From: Candidatus Heimdallarchaeum aukensis
Lineage (GTDB): Archaea > Asgardarchaeota > Heimdallarchaeia > Heimdallarchaeales > Heimdallarchaeaceae
Assembly (NCBI GenBank): GCA_021513695.1
Contig: CP084166.1
Span: 1,440,001-1,504,000 of the forward strand
Direction: 5' to 3'
Length of the DNA stretch: 64,000 nt
Shown here: positions 27,387-36,574 of the stretch, piece after piece
Layout of the letters: each line of letters begins with the position of its first letter
Position numbering within the stretch: position 1 is the first letter of the stretch
Program-made: the position numbers and the translations under genes
The notes under the pieces: generated by a model
What the model saw: only the letters and a program-made list of their open reading frames with translations
Told to the model about the DNA's origin: nothing
Databases searched by the model: none

Positions 27387-28532
27387 ATGAAAGAAAAAAT
27401 AGAAAGAGTACAACAGGTTCTAAAAAAACATGAAGTAAATAGTTGGATTGTATTCTGTCACCATGGTTACGACATTCACAGTAAATATTTACTAGAAAAA
27501 AACATTACATCAGCCACTTTTATCATGATTAAGCAGGAAAATAAACCCATTGTTATCACCTCTCGAATGGAAGCTATGATGATCAATAATGATGTATATG
27601 ATGTTATAGCCTATAAAACTCGTAACGAATTAATAGAATTATTAAAAAATTCTTTATCTGGTCTCGAAGATGGGAAAAAGATAGCTATAAATTATGTACC
27701 AAAAGATAATTTACTAGATAATTTTTCTATGGATATTCTTCCTGCAGGAACATATGAATTCTTAACTTCGATGAATAATAATATAAATTGGGTTTCAGCT
27801 AAAGATATCATTAGAGATGTCCGCAGTGTCAAAACAAAAAAAGAAATTGAAAATCATAAAATTGCAGCTAAACTAGCTGAAGAGTTAATGGAAGAAGCTG
27901 TAGAGCAGAAAATTAAACCTGGAATGACTGAAAAAGAAATTAAAGCACTCATTGAATACGAATGTAATAAGCGAGGAGGAATAGCCTTTGAAGCAATTGT
28001 AGCTTCTGGTGCAAATTCTGCTATACCTCACCACCATGCTTCTAAAACTAAAATCAAAGAAAATCAAGTTTTATTAATAGATTATGGGGTTTCCTATAAT
28101 TGGTCAAACAGCGATATAACAAGAACTTATTGGATAGGGAGTAATCCTCCTGAAGAAGTCTTAAGAGCTTATGAGGCAGTTGATGCAGCGAAAGAGGCTG
28201 CTTATAAACATATTAAGGCAGGAGTTTTCGCTTCAGAAGTTGAAAATGCGGTAAGAGAAACAATGAAAGAATTTGGCTTCGATCCTGAAAAATATTTTAT
28301 CCATTCTACTGGCCATCCTTTAGGTATAGAAACACACGATATAGGTGTAGGAATATACAAAGCTTCAGAATCAGTAGCTGATAAACCTCTAATAGAAAAT
28401 TCTGTAGTAACCGTTGAACCTGGCCTATATTTCGAAGGAAAATTTGGGATCAGACTAGAAGATGATTGTGTGGTTACAAAAGACGGTAGCATAAGATTAT
28501 CAAATACTCCAAAAGAGATTATTACCCTTTAA
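27387..28532 (+). CDS. M24-family Xaa-Pro aminopeptidase/prolidase
   Basis: 'LLIDYGVSYNW' (metal Asp), 'HSTGHPLGIETHD' (HxxGHxxGlexHe) and C-terminal 'VEPGLYFEGKFGIRLED'. Confidence 0.8.
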   Translation: MKEKIERVQQVLKKHEVNSWIVFCHHGYDIHSKYLLEKNITSATFIMIKQENKPIVITSRMEAMMINNDVYDVIAYKTRNELIELLKNSLSGLEDGKKIAINYVPKDNLLDNFSMDILPAGTYEFLTSMNNNINWVSAKDIIRDVRSVKTKKEIENHKIAAKLAEELMEEAVEQKIKPGMTEKEIKALIEYECNKRGGIAFEAIVASGANSAIPHHHASKTKIKENQVLLIDYGVSYNWSNSDITRTYWIGSNPPEEVLRAYEAVDAAKEAAYKHIKAGVFASEVENAVRETMKEFGFDPEKYFIHSTGHPLGIETHDIGVGIYKASESVADKPLIENSVVTVEPGLYFEGKFGIRLEDDCVVTKDGSIRLSNTPKEIITL

Positions 28533-28635
28533 TATCTTTTTTTTACTATTTTAATAATGTAATACCCGCGTGTTTTTAGGATATTATTTTCTTTTAAGGT
28601 TTAATTCACAGTTTCTTATTTTAAGGTGAAACAGT

Positions 28636-29250
28636 TTGTCTTGGAAAACTTGGTTAAAAAGTAAACCCAAACATATTAAACTTGGATTTTATGGGGAAGT
28701 AAATGCCGGGAAGACAACGTTAGCAAATGTTATGGGGATGGATTGGGCAGGACAAGAAGTGGGAAAAGTTTCTGAAATCCCTCACGAAACTAGAGAAATT
28801 GCAAAACTAGAAAAAGTTGATTTTAATGTGGATGGGACAAAAATAGATTTAACTTTAATAGATATGCCAGGTATAGCTACAACAGTTGACCCAAAATCAT
28901 TTGTTAATTATGGATTAAGTGCTGGAGAAGCTATGCAAAGAGCTAAAGAAGCAACAAGAGGAATAGTAGAAGCTATCAAGTATTTAGAGCAAGTTGATGT
29001 TGCACTTGTAGTATTAGATTCTACAAAAACACCATTTGATCAAGTTAATTTTACTATTCTTGGGAACTTAGAACATCAGAAGAAGCCATTTATTATTGTC
29101 CCAAACAAAATAGATTGCCCTGAATCAGATGTAAAAACAGTGCAAGAAGCCTTTGGTGATTATGAAGTTGTACCTATCTCTGCCTTGAAGAAGGAAGGTA
29201 TTGACAAACTCTATGATAGTATTGCAAAATTAGCTAAAAAGGTGAAATAA
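28636..29250 (+). CDS. Small standalone GTPase (Era/EngB-like MMR_HSR1-type G domain)
   Basis: G1 'GEVNAGKTTL', G3 'DMPG', G4 'NKID'. Not Ras-like (no DTAGQE). TTG start per the ORF track. Confidence 0.6.
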   Translation: MSWKTWLKSKPKHIKLGFYGEVNAGKTTLANVMGMDWAGQEVGKVSEIPHETREIAKLEKVDFNVDGTKIDLTLIDMPGIATTVDPKSFVNYGLSAGEAMQRAKEATRGIVEAIKYLEQVDVALVVLDSTKTPFDQVNFTILGNLEHQKKPFIIVPNKIDCPESDVKTVQEAFGDYEVVPISALKKEGIDKLYDSIAKLAKKVK

Positions 29251-29251
29251 A

Positions 29252-29605
29252 ATGTCTTACAGTGTTGATTTTATTCCAGAAGATGAAACGGGTAGGTTTT
29301 CATTAGTTGAAAAAACCAGATATATTCTCTCTCAAGTCATGCGAAATAAAATTCTTATTTTAGAAAATGCACTCACTCCAGAAGAAGAATTATACTTAAT
29401 CGAGAAAACTATGAATAAGATAGATTATAGTAACTTCGTTGGAATCAAGCTTTTCTCATTTGATTCAGGAGAAGAAAACAGATTCTCAAAAATATTCGGC
29501 AAGTCATCTAAAAAACGGTCTACTTACACTATTGTGGCTCCAAATGATGCAGTTTCTGTTGTAAAAGATGAAAGAGGGATTTTATCAATTAGAATTAATG
29601 TTTAG
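29252..29605 (+). CDS. Hypothetical 117-aa protein translationally coupled to the upstream GTPase
   Basis: Starts 1 bp after the GTPase stop. No motif recognised. Confidence 0.45.
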   Translation: MSYSVDFIPEDETGRFSLVEKTRYILSQVMRNKILILENALTPEEELYLIEKTMNKIDYSNFVGIKLFSFDSGEENRFSKIFGKSSKKRSTYTIVAPNDAVSVVKDERGILSIRINV

Positions 29606-30100
29606 TAATGATTCAATTTTCTCTTTCATTTTTTTGTATGATTCCTCAATATTCCCATCAGTATTAATTACAGTTACTTTTTCTGGAGAGTATAATTCTA
29701 GCATATCAGTTAAAACTACTTCCATAATTTCTGCTTCTACGTTTTCATCGATTTTTATTTGTTTATAGTCCCTTTCTTTTAAACGTGAGATTAGATTTTT
29801 AATTGAACACTGTAAAACAAAACAATGAAAAAGAAAATCTTTTGGTATTTCGACCAAATGACTGTCTAGCACTAACGGAAATTTACTTGTATTAGATTCT
29901 ATTAGCTTTATGAGTTCTTTTTCCAATTTTTCTTCGTCGACAATTAAAGTATCTAGTTTTTTGTCATAAGTTTCATACAATTCTTTTTCGCGAACGAGAT
30001 TTGTAATATTAACGACAGGATAACCATCACTTTCTAGTTTTTTCGCTAGAGTTGTTTTTCCTGTTCCAGGAGTACCAGTAATAATTATTGCCTTTTTCAA
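29585..30100 (-). CDS. Adenylate kinase isoenzyme 6 / Fap7-like nucleoside-triphosphatase
   Basis: 'KKAIIITGTPGTGKTTLAKKLESDGYPVVNITNLVRE' is the archaeal AK6/Fap7 signature. 171 aa. Confidence 0.75.
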   Translation of the reverse strand: MKKAIIITGTPGTGKTTLAKKLESDGYPVVNITNLVREKELYETYDKKLDTLIVDEEKLEKELIKLIESNTSKFPLVLDSHLVEIPKDFLFHCFVLQCSIKNLISRLKERDYKQIKIDENVEAEIMEVVLTDMLELYSPEKVTVINTDGNIEESYKKMKEKIESLLNINSN

Positions 30101-30109
30101 TTTTTTCGC

Positions 30110-30823
30110 CTACTTTAGCATCTCTTCTGATATTTTTGATTCTTTTTTGAGAGCTTTTAATAGTTTTATCTTTTCAAGCTCACCAGTTCTGAATTTTTTA
30201 ATGTTATCAACTTGTCTTGTCATCATAAGAAACGCAATTCCGTACAATATTAAGGCTATTTCCAGTCTACTCATAGAAATCCAAGGCATCAACCACATTT
30301 CTGGTAAAAATAGTGCAAAGGTTGCAACTAATAAAGTAGTAGCTATATACGCAAGCGCAGCATAACCTACAAATATAATAACTATTGGCCATAAAATCAA
30401 CCATACAGCGATCAATGCAGGGTTTACCAATATCATTGTTCCAACAATAACTGTAATTCCTCTTCCGCCATGAGAACCGAGAAATAGTGGCCAATTATGT
30501 CCTACAACTGCAGCTATACCTGCAACTGTAAGAAGAAATTTACCATCAGTTAATCCAACAAAGTTAACAGGATGCTTTATTAAGATATAAGGGATGAAAA
30601 TAGCTAGAAAGGAACGAGAAACATCCAAAAGACCAGCGAATAAAGCCCATTTTAATGAACCTGTAACACGGTATACATTTCTCCCACCTACATTTTTTGA
30701 ACCAATCTTACGTAAATCCTTACCAGTTTTTAATTTTACAATAATCCAGCTAAATGGAATAGAGCCAACAATATAGGCTATAAAAAAAACAAAGACATAA
30801 TCAACTAGATAGCCCATAATCAT
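30110..30823 (-). CDS. plsY: PlsY-family acyl-phosphate:glycerol-3-phosphate acyltransferase-like membrane protein
   Basis: 'AYIVGSIPFSWII...GSKNVGGRNVYRVTG...LDVSRSFLAI' and 'GHNWPLFLGSHGGRGITVIVG' align with bacterial PlsY ('GSGNPGATNVLR', '[21 protein letters not shown]'). Multiple TM helices. Confidence 0.7.
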   Translation of the reverse strand: MIMGYLVDYVFVFFIAYIVGSIPFSWIIVKLKTGKDLRKIGSKNVGGRNVYRVTGSLKWALFAGLLDVSRSFLAIFIPYILIKHPVNFVGLTDGKFLLTVAGIAAVVGHNWPLFLGSHGGRGITVIVGTMILVNPALIAVWLILWPIVIIFVGYAALAYIATTLLVATFALFLPEMWLMPWISMSRLEIALILYGIAFLMMTRQVDNIKKFRTGELEKIKLLKALKKESKISEEMLK

Positions 30824-30912
30824 TTGTTTTATTTTAGATACTTAAGGTTGTTTATTCTCAAAAGCAATCAAATTTTTAAATTAAAGTTTTTTTATCATTC
30901 TTGTTGATTTTA

Positions 30913-32298
30913 ATGAACATCCAAGAGCATATTTTCAGAGCTTATGATATCAGAGGTCTATTTAATAAAGATCTCACTTCTGGAGTGATGTACAAAATTG
31001 GATTAGCTGCAGGAACTTATACTAAAAAGATCCTTGAAGAACATGAAATTATTGTAGGTAATGATATCAGATACTCTAGCATTCCTTTAGCTTTTGCTTT
31101 TATTTCTGGTGTATTGTCTTCCGGAGTAGATGTCGTCTATGTAGGAACTACGGCTTTCGGACAAACTTTATTCAGAGGATGGGAAAAGAAAAAAGGTCCT
31201 ATTGCTTTTATCACTGCTAGTCATCTTCCTCCTGAATGGAATGGAATCAAATTTTACTATTCTGATGGAGTAGGATTCCCAGAAGAAGAACTAAAAAAAA
31301 TAAGAGACTTTTGTTTAAATAATAATGTTGAACTCGCAAGTTGGGATAAAATTGGAAAACTTTCCCAAGAAGATGCTAAAGAAAACTACTTGGAATTTTT
31401 CAAAAAGAATTTCCAATTTGAAAACAAAGTAAAAGTTGCAGTGGATTGTGGAGGAGCTAGTACAACTCTTTCTGCTCCAGAAATTTTTCAATCAATTGGA
31501 ATTAACTTTGTTCCTGTTTTTTGTGAAACTGATCCTAGTTTTTCAGTAAGGCCTTCCGACCCTAAACCTAAAAATCTTGCTGAGTTGAAAAAAACAGTTA
31601 TAGAACAAAACTGTGACTTTGGAGTGGCTTTTGACGGGGACGGAGATAGAGCTGTTATTGTTGATAATAAGGGAAACGTACTCTCTGCGGATCAAACAGG
31701 TATAATAATCGCAAAATATGGGTTGAAAGAGAAAAAAGGAGTTATAATCGCAAATGTTGAATGTTCAAAAGCAGTAGATGAACAATTGTCTCCTCTTGGA
31801 TATAAAATAAAAAGGATTCCAGTAGGGCATACTTTTTTAACCCTTGAAGCGAAAAAAGAGAATTCACCCCTAGGGATAGAATCATCTGGACACTTAATAT
31901 TACCAGAATATTTCTTATTTGATGATGCTCTCGTAATTCCTCTAAAAGTGGCAGAAATACTCACAAAATCAGATAAGAGCTTGAATGAACTTGTGCAAGA
32001 AATTCCTATTTATCCAATTAAGAAGGAAGAAGTAGAGTGCGAAGACAAAATTAAGTTCGAAGTGATGAAGATTTTCTCAGAAGAGGTTAAGAAAGAATTT
32101 TCAAATGTGTCAACATTAGATGGTGTTAGAATTGAATTAGAAAAAGGTTGGGTGCTTATAAGACCGTCTAATACTAGTCCTATAATCAGACTAACAGCTG
32201 AAGCCGATACAGAAGAAGTCTTGAATGAGATCACCAGTAGTTTTAAAGAAAGGCTAAGCAAAACAATAGAAAAATACATGGAGAAGGCGAGAGCTTGA
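30913..32298 (+). CDS. Phosphoglucomutase/phosphomannomutase (alpha-D-phosphohexomutase family)
   Basis: Active-site Ser loop 'TASHLPPEWNGIKF', Mg loop 'GVAFDGDGDRAVIVD', sugar loop 'GIESSGH'. Confidence 0.85.
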   Translation: MNIQEHIFRAYDIRGLFNKDLTSGVMYKIGLAAGTYTKKILEEHEIIVGNDIRYSSIPLAFAFISGVLSSGVDVVYVGTTAFGQTLFRGWEKKKGPIAFITASHLPPEWNGIKFYYSDGVGFPEEELKKIRDFCLNNNVELASWDKIGKLSQEDAKENYLEFFKKNFQFENKVKVAVDCGGASTTLSAPEIFQSIGINFVPVFCETDPSFSVRPSDPKPKNLAELKKTVIEQNCDFGVAFDGDGDRAVIVDNKGNVLSADQTGIIIAKYGLKEKKGVIIANVECSKAVDEQLSPLGYKIKRIPVGHTFLTLEAKKENSPLGIESSGHLILPEYFLFDDALVIPLKVAEILTKSDKSLNELVQEIPIYPIKKEEVECEDKIKFEVMKIFSEEVKKEFSNVSTLDGVRIELEKGWVLIRPSNTSPIIRLTAEADTEEVLNEITSSFKERLSKTIEKYMEKARA

Positions 32299-32705
32299 AA
32301 AATACTAATTCTTTTTTTTATTGTAAGTATTCTTCTCAATGTTTTGAATGTTGTAAAGAGACAGAAATGGTTCTTTCAAATGAAGATATCCTAAGAATAA
32401 AAAAACTAGGTTATAAAGTTCAAGAATTTGCCTTATATGAAGATGGTTTTTACATATTAAAGAACAAAAATGGATATTGCGTTTTCTTAAAAAATGGTAA
32501 ATGTTCTATTTATAAAAATAGACCGGAAGGATGTAAATATTATCCTTTAATATTCGATGTAGAGAGCAACTCTGTTATTATAGATAAAGACTGCCCCAAG
32601 AAAGAAAAATTCAACTTAAATAATTACTCATATCTAAGAACTAATGTTTTACATTTTGTTCTTAGACTATTTAAAGAAAAAGAAGAAAGAAAAAAAAGAG
32701 AATAG
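32295..32705 (+). CDS. YkgJ-family CxxCxxCC zinc/iron-chelating domain protein
   Basis: 'CKYSSQCFECCKE' plus 'CVFLKNGKCSIY' and 'GCKYYP' (UPF0153/YkgJ pattern). The TTG start overlaps the PGM stop, so the start is uncertain. Confidence 0.5.
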   Translation: MKNTNSFFYCKYSSQCFECCKETEMVLSNEDILRIKKLGYKVQEFALYEDGFYILKNKNGYCVFLKNGKCSIYKNRPEGCKYYPLIFDVESNSVIIDKDCPKKEKFNLNNYSYLRTNVLHFVLRLFKEKEERKKRE

Positions 32706-32732
32706 ATTTAGAATAATATTGTATTTTAGCTA

Positions 32733-33833
32733 TTATTCATCAGTAAACATATTTTCAAATTTCTTTAGAACACCTGGTAAAGTGGTGTATTCCATTTCAC
32801 TTAATGGCAATCTACTAGGTTCAAAAGGTCCATGCGCTCGAATGTAGTCTGCAATTTCATTTACTCTTCTTCTAACATGGTCAAAAGAAACATCATCAAA
32901 CAGATCTACAGGGCCAACAATCTTTCCATTTTTTAATTGGAAACCTAAACTAACTACTCGAGGTGGCCCATCAAATCTGCCATTTTGACTATATTCAAGG
33001 CTTACAGGCATCAATGGTCCTCTGTGACTTCCTCTCATCCATCCTGAAACAAGATGACCAAGTGTAAAAGCTTCAAGTACCTCTCCTACAGCTGGAAAAC
33101 CACTTTGTGATCTCACAATAGCTACCGGATCATCTTTACCAACATATTTTCCAGCAATTAGAGAAAGTTTGTCCGTAGAAACTACTGCAGCTTGTCCTAA
33201 CTGCTCATTTTTTGAGAAAACTGATTTGATTACATAGTGTCCTGGTGCACCGATTAATGCCAATAGATCATACATCTGTTCAGGACAAGAGAGGGTAAGA
33301 TATTTGTTATTGTGTATATCCATTATTTTAAACTTGAATCCATCATGTAACTTTGGATCAATAACTAGTCCAGCTGTATTAAAGGGATTGGCAAAAATAT
33401 TGAAAATAGGGTAGTTGAATGCACCGGGTTCTGTTTTATCCATACCAAAAACAATTATAGGTTCTGCAGGTCTCTCTTCTATCTCCATTTCAGCTACTCC
33501 AGGTCCCATTCCTTTAACATTACCTGAAAAAGTATCAGTAAGAAGATCTTGCCCCGCACCATATAAACCATATTCTCTTGCATCTTGTCCAAGTTCCATA
33601 AAAATATCCCATGCTAATTTGTGTATTTCTTCACTATTCACACCTTTCTCATGTGTCATGAGAAGGTTTGTATCATCTCCTGCATTAAAGACCATAAAGT
33701 CGATAAGCAGTCCATCTTCCTTTGCTTTTTCTAAAAGCTCTTCAGCCTTTTCCATTAAAGGTTCATACACGACTACGTGTCCAGGTGAAGAACCGATATC
33801 TGCTTTAATCAAACTAATTGTTGTTTTGGTCAT
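32733..33833 (-). CDS. fbp: Bifunctional fructose-1,6-bisphosphate aldolase/phosphatase (class V FBPase, archaeal type)
   Basis: 'MTKTTISLIKADIGSSPGHVVV' is the hallmark N-terminus of FBPA/P. 366 aa. Confidence 0.9.
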   Translation of the reverse strand: MTKTTISLIKADIGSSPGHVVVYEPLMEKAEELLEKAKEDGLLIDFMVFNAGDDTNLLMTHEKGVNSEEIHKLAWDIFMELGQDAREYGLYGAGQDLLTDTFSGNVKGMGPGVAEMEIEERPAEPIIVFGMDKTEPGAFNYPIFNIFANPFNTAGLVIDPKLHDGFKFKIMDIHNNKYLTLSCPEQMYDLLALIGAPGHYVIKSVFSKNEQLGQAAVVSTDKLSLIAGKYVGKDDPVAIVRSQSGFPAVGEVLEAFTLGHLVSGWMRGSHRGPLMPVSLEYSQNGRFDGPPRVVSLGFQLKNGKIVGPVDLFDDVSFDHVRRRVNEIADYIRAHGPFEPSRLPLSEMEYTTLPGVLKKFENMFTDE

Positions 33834-33983
33834 ATAATATCACCTTATATTAACAAGTCTTAATATGTATTCGATACCCGTATCGTATATAAACTTTCGC
33901 CAACAACGATGTTTTGCCTAAAAAACGCTAAAACTTGTGAAAAATGGACTTATAAAAAAATTGTGAAAAAAGAAAGAAAAAGT

Positions 33984-34877
33984 TTACAAAAGATCGACAA
34001 GGTCAGAAGACCCACCAACAAAACCGACTTTTTGGTGTAAATAATCCATTTCTGTTAATTTATTAGGTTCTAGGCGAGGAACTGTTTCAAGGGTAAACAT
34101 CTCCTTGTTCTTTGTGATATAGTATCCTTTACCATTGACTTTTGAGAGAATATATAAGTAAGGTAAAATTTCATAGCATAGTCTTAATTTTGGTGAAAAA
34201 TAGGCGAAAACCCCAGTTTTATCAAGTATGTTATTCATATCTTGGACTAGGCACCCTCCATATCTTAGTTTTCCAACCTTCTTAATCTTATTCACAAATT
34301 CTTTTTCTTTTTCTGTAAATTCTTCTTCTTTTCCACCAAAACCATAAACTGGCTTTGAGCTGGGGCTTATTGATAAATCATCTTTCAGTACAAAGAATTC
34401 TCCATCAGCGTGAATAAACTGAATATAACCTGCTTCTGTAGCTAAATCAAATCGTAGAAATAGAGTATAACTTACAGTCATAGCTGCTTGTATATTTCCT
34501 TGTTTGTCTGTGATAAGAATTATTCCTCCTGGTCCTCTTGACCTTACAATTGATGATCCATCAATAAAATCACCCAAAATGATAAATTCTCCTGTTCCTT
34601 CAGTTATATTTTCTGGTGTTGTTTCTTCGCCTAAAAGGAGATAATAGTCCTCTTTTGGTAGTTTTTGTAAGAATAATTCATGGGATGCAACATCCAAGCT
34701 TAGTTGCATATCTCCAGAAACGTTTATTGTTCCAGCATATTCTTTTTCGTCTTTAATAAAACTTAGAATTTGTTTCGGGATCTCTAGAGTCACAACAAGA
34801 ATATCTTTTATTAGTTTTGACAAAGATGAATCTAGATCTGCTAAATATTCATCTAAGGTCGAGTATTTTGTTTTCAT
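33984..34877 (-). CDS. Class I (FBPase_1 family) fructose-1,6-bisphosphatase-like protein
   Basis: 'VSGDMQLSLDVASHELF' (cf. 'VQGEVQQKLDLFANE'), 'FIILGDFIDGSSIV' (cf. 'VVLMDPLDGSSNID') and 'RYGGCLVQDMNNILDKTGVFAYFSPKLRLCYEILP' (cf. '[24 protein letters not shown]...KLRLLYECNP'). Confidence 0.65.
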   Translation of the reverse strand: MKTKYSTLDEYLADLDSSLSKLIKDILVVTLEIPKQILSFIKDEKEYAGTINVSGDMQLSLDVASHELFLQKLPKEDYYLLLGEETTPENITEGTGEFIILGDFIDGSSIVRSRGPGGIILITDKQGNIQAAMTVSYTLFLRFDLATEAGYIQFIHADGEFFVLKDDLSISPSSKPVYGFGGKEEEFTEKEKEFVNKIKKVGKLRYGGCLVQDMNNILDKTGVFAYFSPKLRLCYEILPYLYILSKVNGKGYYITKNKEMFTLETVPRLEPNKLTEMDYLHQKVGFVGGSSDLVDLL

Positions 34878-34887
34878 TTCAACCCCT

Positions 34888-36057
34888 TCAGTAAGAATCT
34901 ATTAAATCATTTGAGGTGATGTATTGATAACAAAGTTCTGCAGTATTTTCCATTTTTAGAGCCTTAATGAATTTCAGCATCTCTTCCTCAGCTTTTTCGA
35001 TTATTTTTTCTTTTGTTTCTCCTTTTAAATTCTCAATTTTGTTGAAAAATGGTTTCCAAGCCCTTTTCGCATTTGAAGCAAAAACTTTGTGCTCGTCTAC
35101 TCCTTCTTTCATATAGTTCTCAAGTACCCATGCTCGCATCTCTGAATAGAGTTCTGGTTCTTCTTCTTCTAAAACAGAGTAAACTACATTTTGCCAGTGT
35201 GTGCCTATATTTCCTTTGGCTACCGCTCCATGTGGAAATGTTGATTCTATAACATCGATAGGTGTTCCTGTTATTCCATGTTGAGCAATCCTTGTACCAA
35301 ACCCTTCTTCCTTTAGGGCATCAACGATTTCAACTGTTCTTTTCACATTAATTCCCAATTGAGGAATAATGTTTCCTTCTGCGTCAACGTTTACTCCGTG
35401 TTTTGATCCATTTGCGATGGCTAAATAATCTAAAGTTACTCCATGTTCTTTCAAACTTCTAACATAAAAAGTAGCTTCTTCAACTGTTGTATACTCTGTA
35501 ATTCCTATTTCTCCCACTTCACCTTCTAAGCCATAAGCTCTTCCTTTCATCTGTTCTTCTAGAAATTCAAATAATACCAATCCTTTCTTAATAATTTGTT
35601 CTAGTTGTCCCTTTACTTCAGATTGATTTCTGTCAAAAAGGAAAGAGGTATCAATTGCATATCCTGTAAAACCAGCATTTACTCTTGCTTCTATTTCTTT
35701 TTTCACTTGTTCCATTTCTTCATCTGTACCTTTTTTCACTGTAAGATGGTCAGCATGTAACGCATAAGCAAACCATTTTTCTTTTTCTGCTGCGCTTTTA
35801 CATCTATTAGCAAAGAGTTCTGGAGTATAACCTGTGTATCCTCCTGAAATGGACATCTCACTTAATGCTAATTCAAAAATTACAACAGCATTCTTTTTTT
35901 TAGCAGCCCTTAAAACTCCACGAATTACTTCTTCCGTTGCTCTGGGGTTTATTGCAGCTATTATTGAGCAGGTGTTTAATGTTCCTTTTGCAATATAATT
36001 CAAAGGTAGAGGAGATCTTGGATTTTCAAAATAGGTTACTACTTCTTCTTTTGTCAT
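34888..36057 (-). CDS. Class II (metal-dependent) ketose-bisphosphate aldolase family protein
   Basis: 'ALHADHLTV' (HxDH), 'GFTGYAIDTSFL' and 'LAIANGSKHGV' correspond to conserved class II FBA/tagatose-bisphosphate aldolase segments. Start set at the ATG at 36055-36057 ('MTKEEVVTYF'). Confidence 0.6.
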   Translation of the reverse strand: MTKEEVVTYFENPRSPLPLNYIAKGTLNTCSIIAAINPRATEEVIRGVLRAAKKKNAVVIFELALSEMSISGGYTGYTPELFANRCKSAAEKEKWFAYALHADHLTVKKGTDEEMEQVKKEIEARVNAGFTGYAIDTSFLFDRNQSEVKGQLEQIIKKGLVLFEFLEEQMKGRAYGLEGEVGEIGITEYTTVEEATFYVRSLKEHGVTLDYLAIANGSKHGVNVDAEGNIIPQLGINVKRTVEIVDALKEEGFGTRIAQHGITGTPIDVIESTFPHGAVAKGNIGTHWQNVVYSVLEEEEPELYSEMRAWVLENYMKEGVDEHKVFASNAKRAWKPFFNKIENLKGETKEKIIEKAEEEMLKFIKALKMENTAELCYQYITSNDLIDSY

Positions 36058-36125
36058 TCTGAAGAAAAAAATATCATACCAATAATAACATTTTCGATTA
36101 AAAATGAGAAATTGATGAAGAAAAG

Positions 36126-36437
36126 CTAAACAAAAATTACTTCTTCTCGCACCATTGTTTCTACATTTTGCATTTCTTTTGTCCACTCGTGGTAAAGTTT
36201 AGAGATTTCTTCTTCACTACGTAGAAGTTTATTCAAATCTGTGTAATCTTGTAACCAAAAAATCCAGATAGAAGTAGCTCCTATACCTATTCCTCCACTT
36301 GCAGCAACAATTTCCTTTATCCAAGGAGCTTCATTAACAAGTTCGTGAAACTTCCTAACCTTTTTTGACAATTTGTCGCTTATCTCCTCTGGCCAGTCAA
36401 ACATTACAATATAATATATTCCAGGTTTTTTCGACAT
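36126..36437 (-). CDS. Hypothetical 103-aa protein (possible ferredoxin-like alpha+beta barrel)
   Basis: ORF only ('GIYYIVMFDWPEE...'); the fold guess is weak. Confidence 0.4.
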   Translation of the reverse strand: MSKKPGIYYIVMFDWPEEISDKLSKKVRKFHELVNEAPWIKEIVAASGGIGIGATSIWIFWLQDYTDLNKLLRSEEEISKLYHEWTKEMQNVETMVREEVIFV

Positions 36438-36574
36438 ACTAGCACCTTTTTGTAAATAATATATAAAACGAACTTAAAAAGAATTCGAAATTATAAGGCA
36501 TATTTTTAATATTGGTATATTTTAATCTAATTTCCTTTAGCAAATATTATTAACATTGAAAAAAACGATTCTCA

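Noticed and set aside
31692-33837. Antisense ORFs 31692..31964, 32010..32339, 32644..32847 and 33415..33837
   Set aside because: Each lies opposite a confidently identified enzyme gene (PGM, YkgJ region, FBP aldolase/phosphatase). They are Ser/Ile-rich, and none carries a motif.
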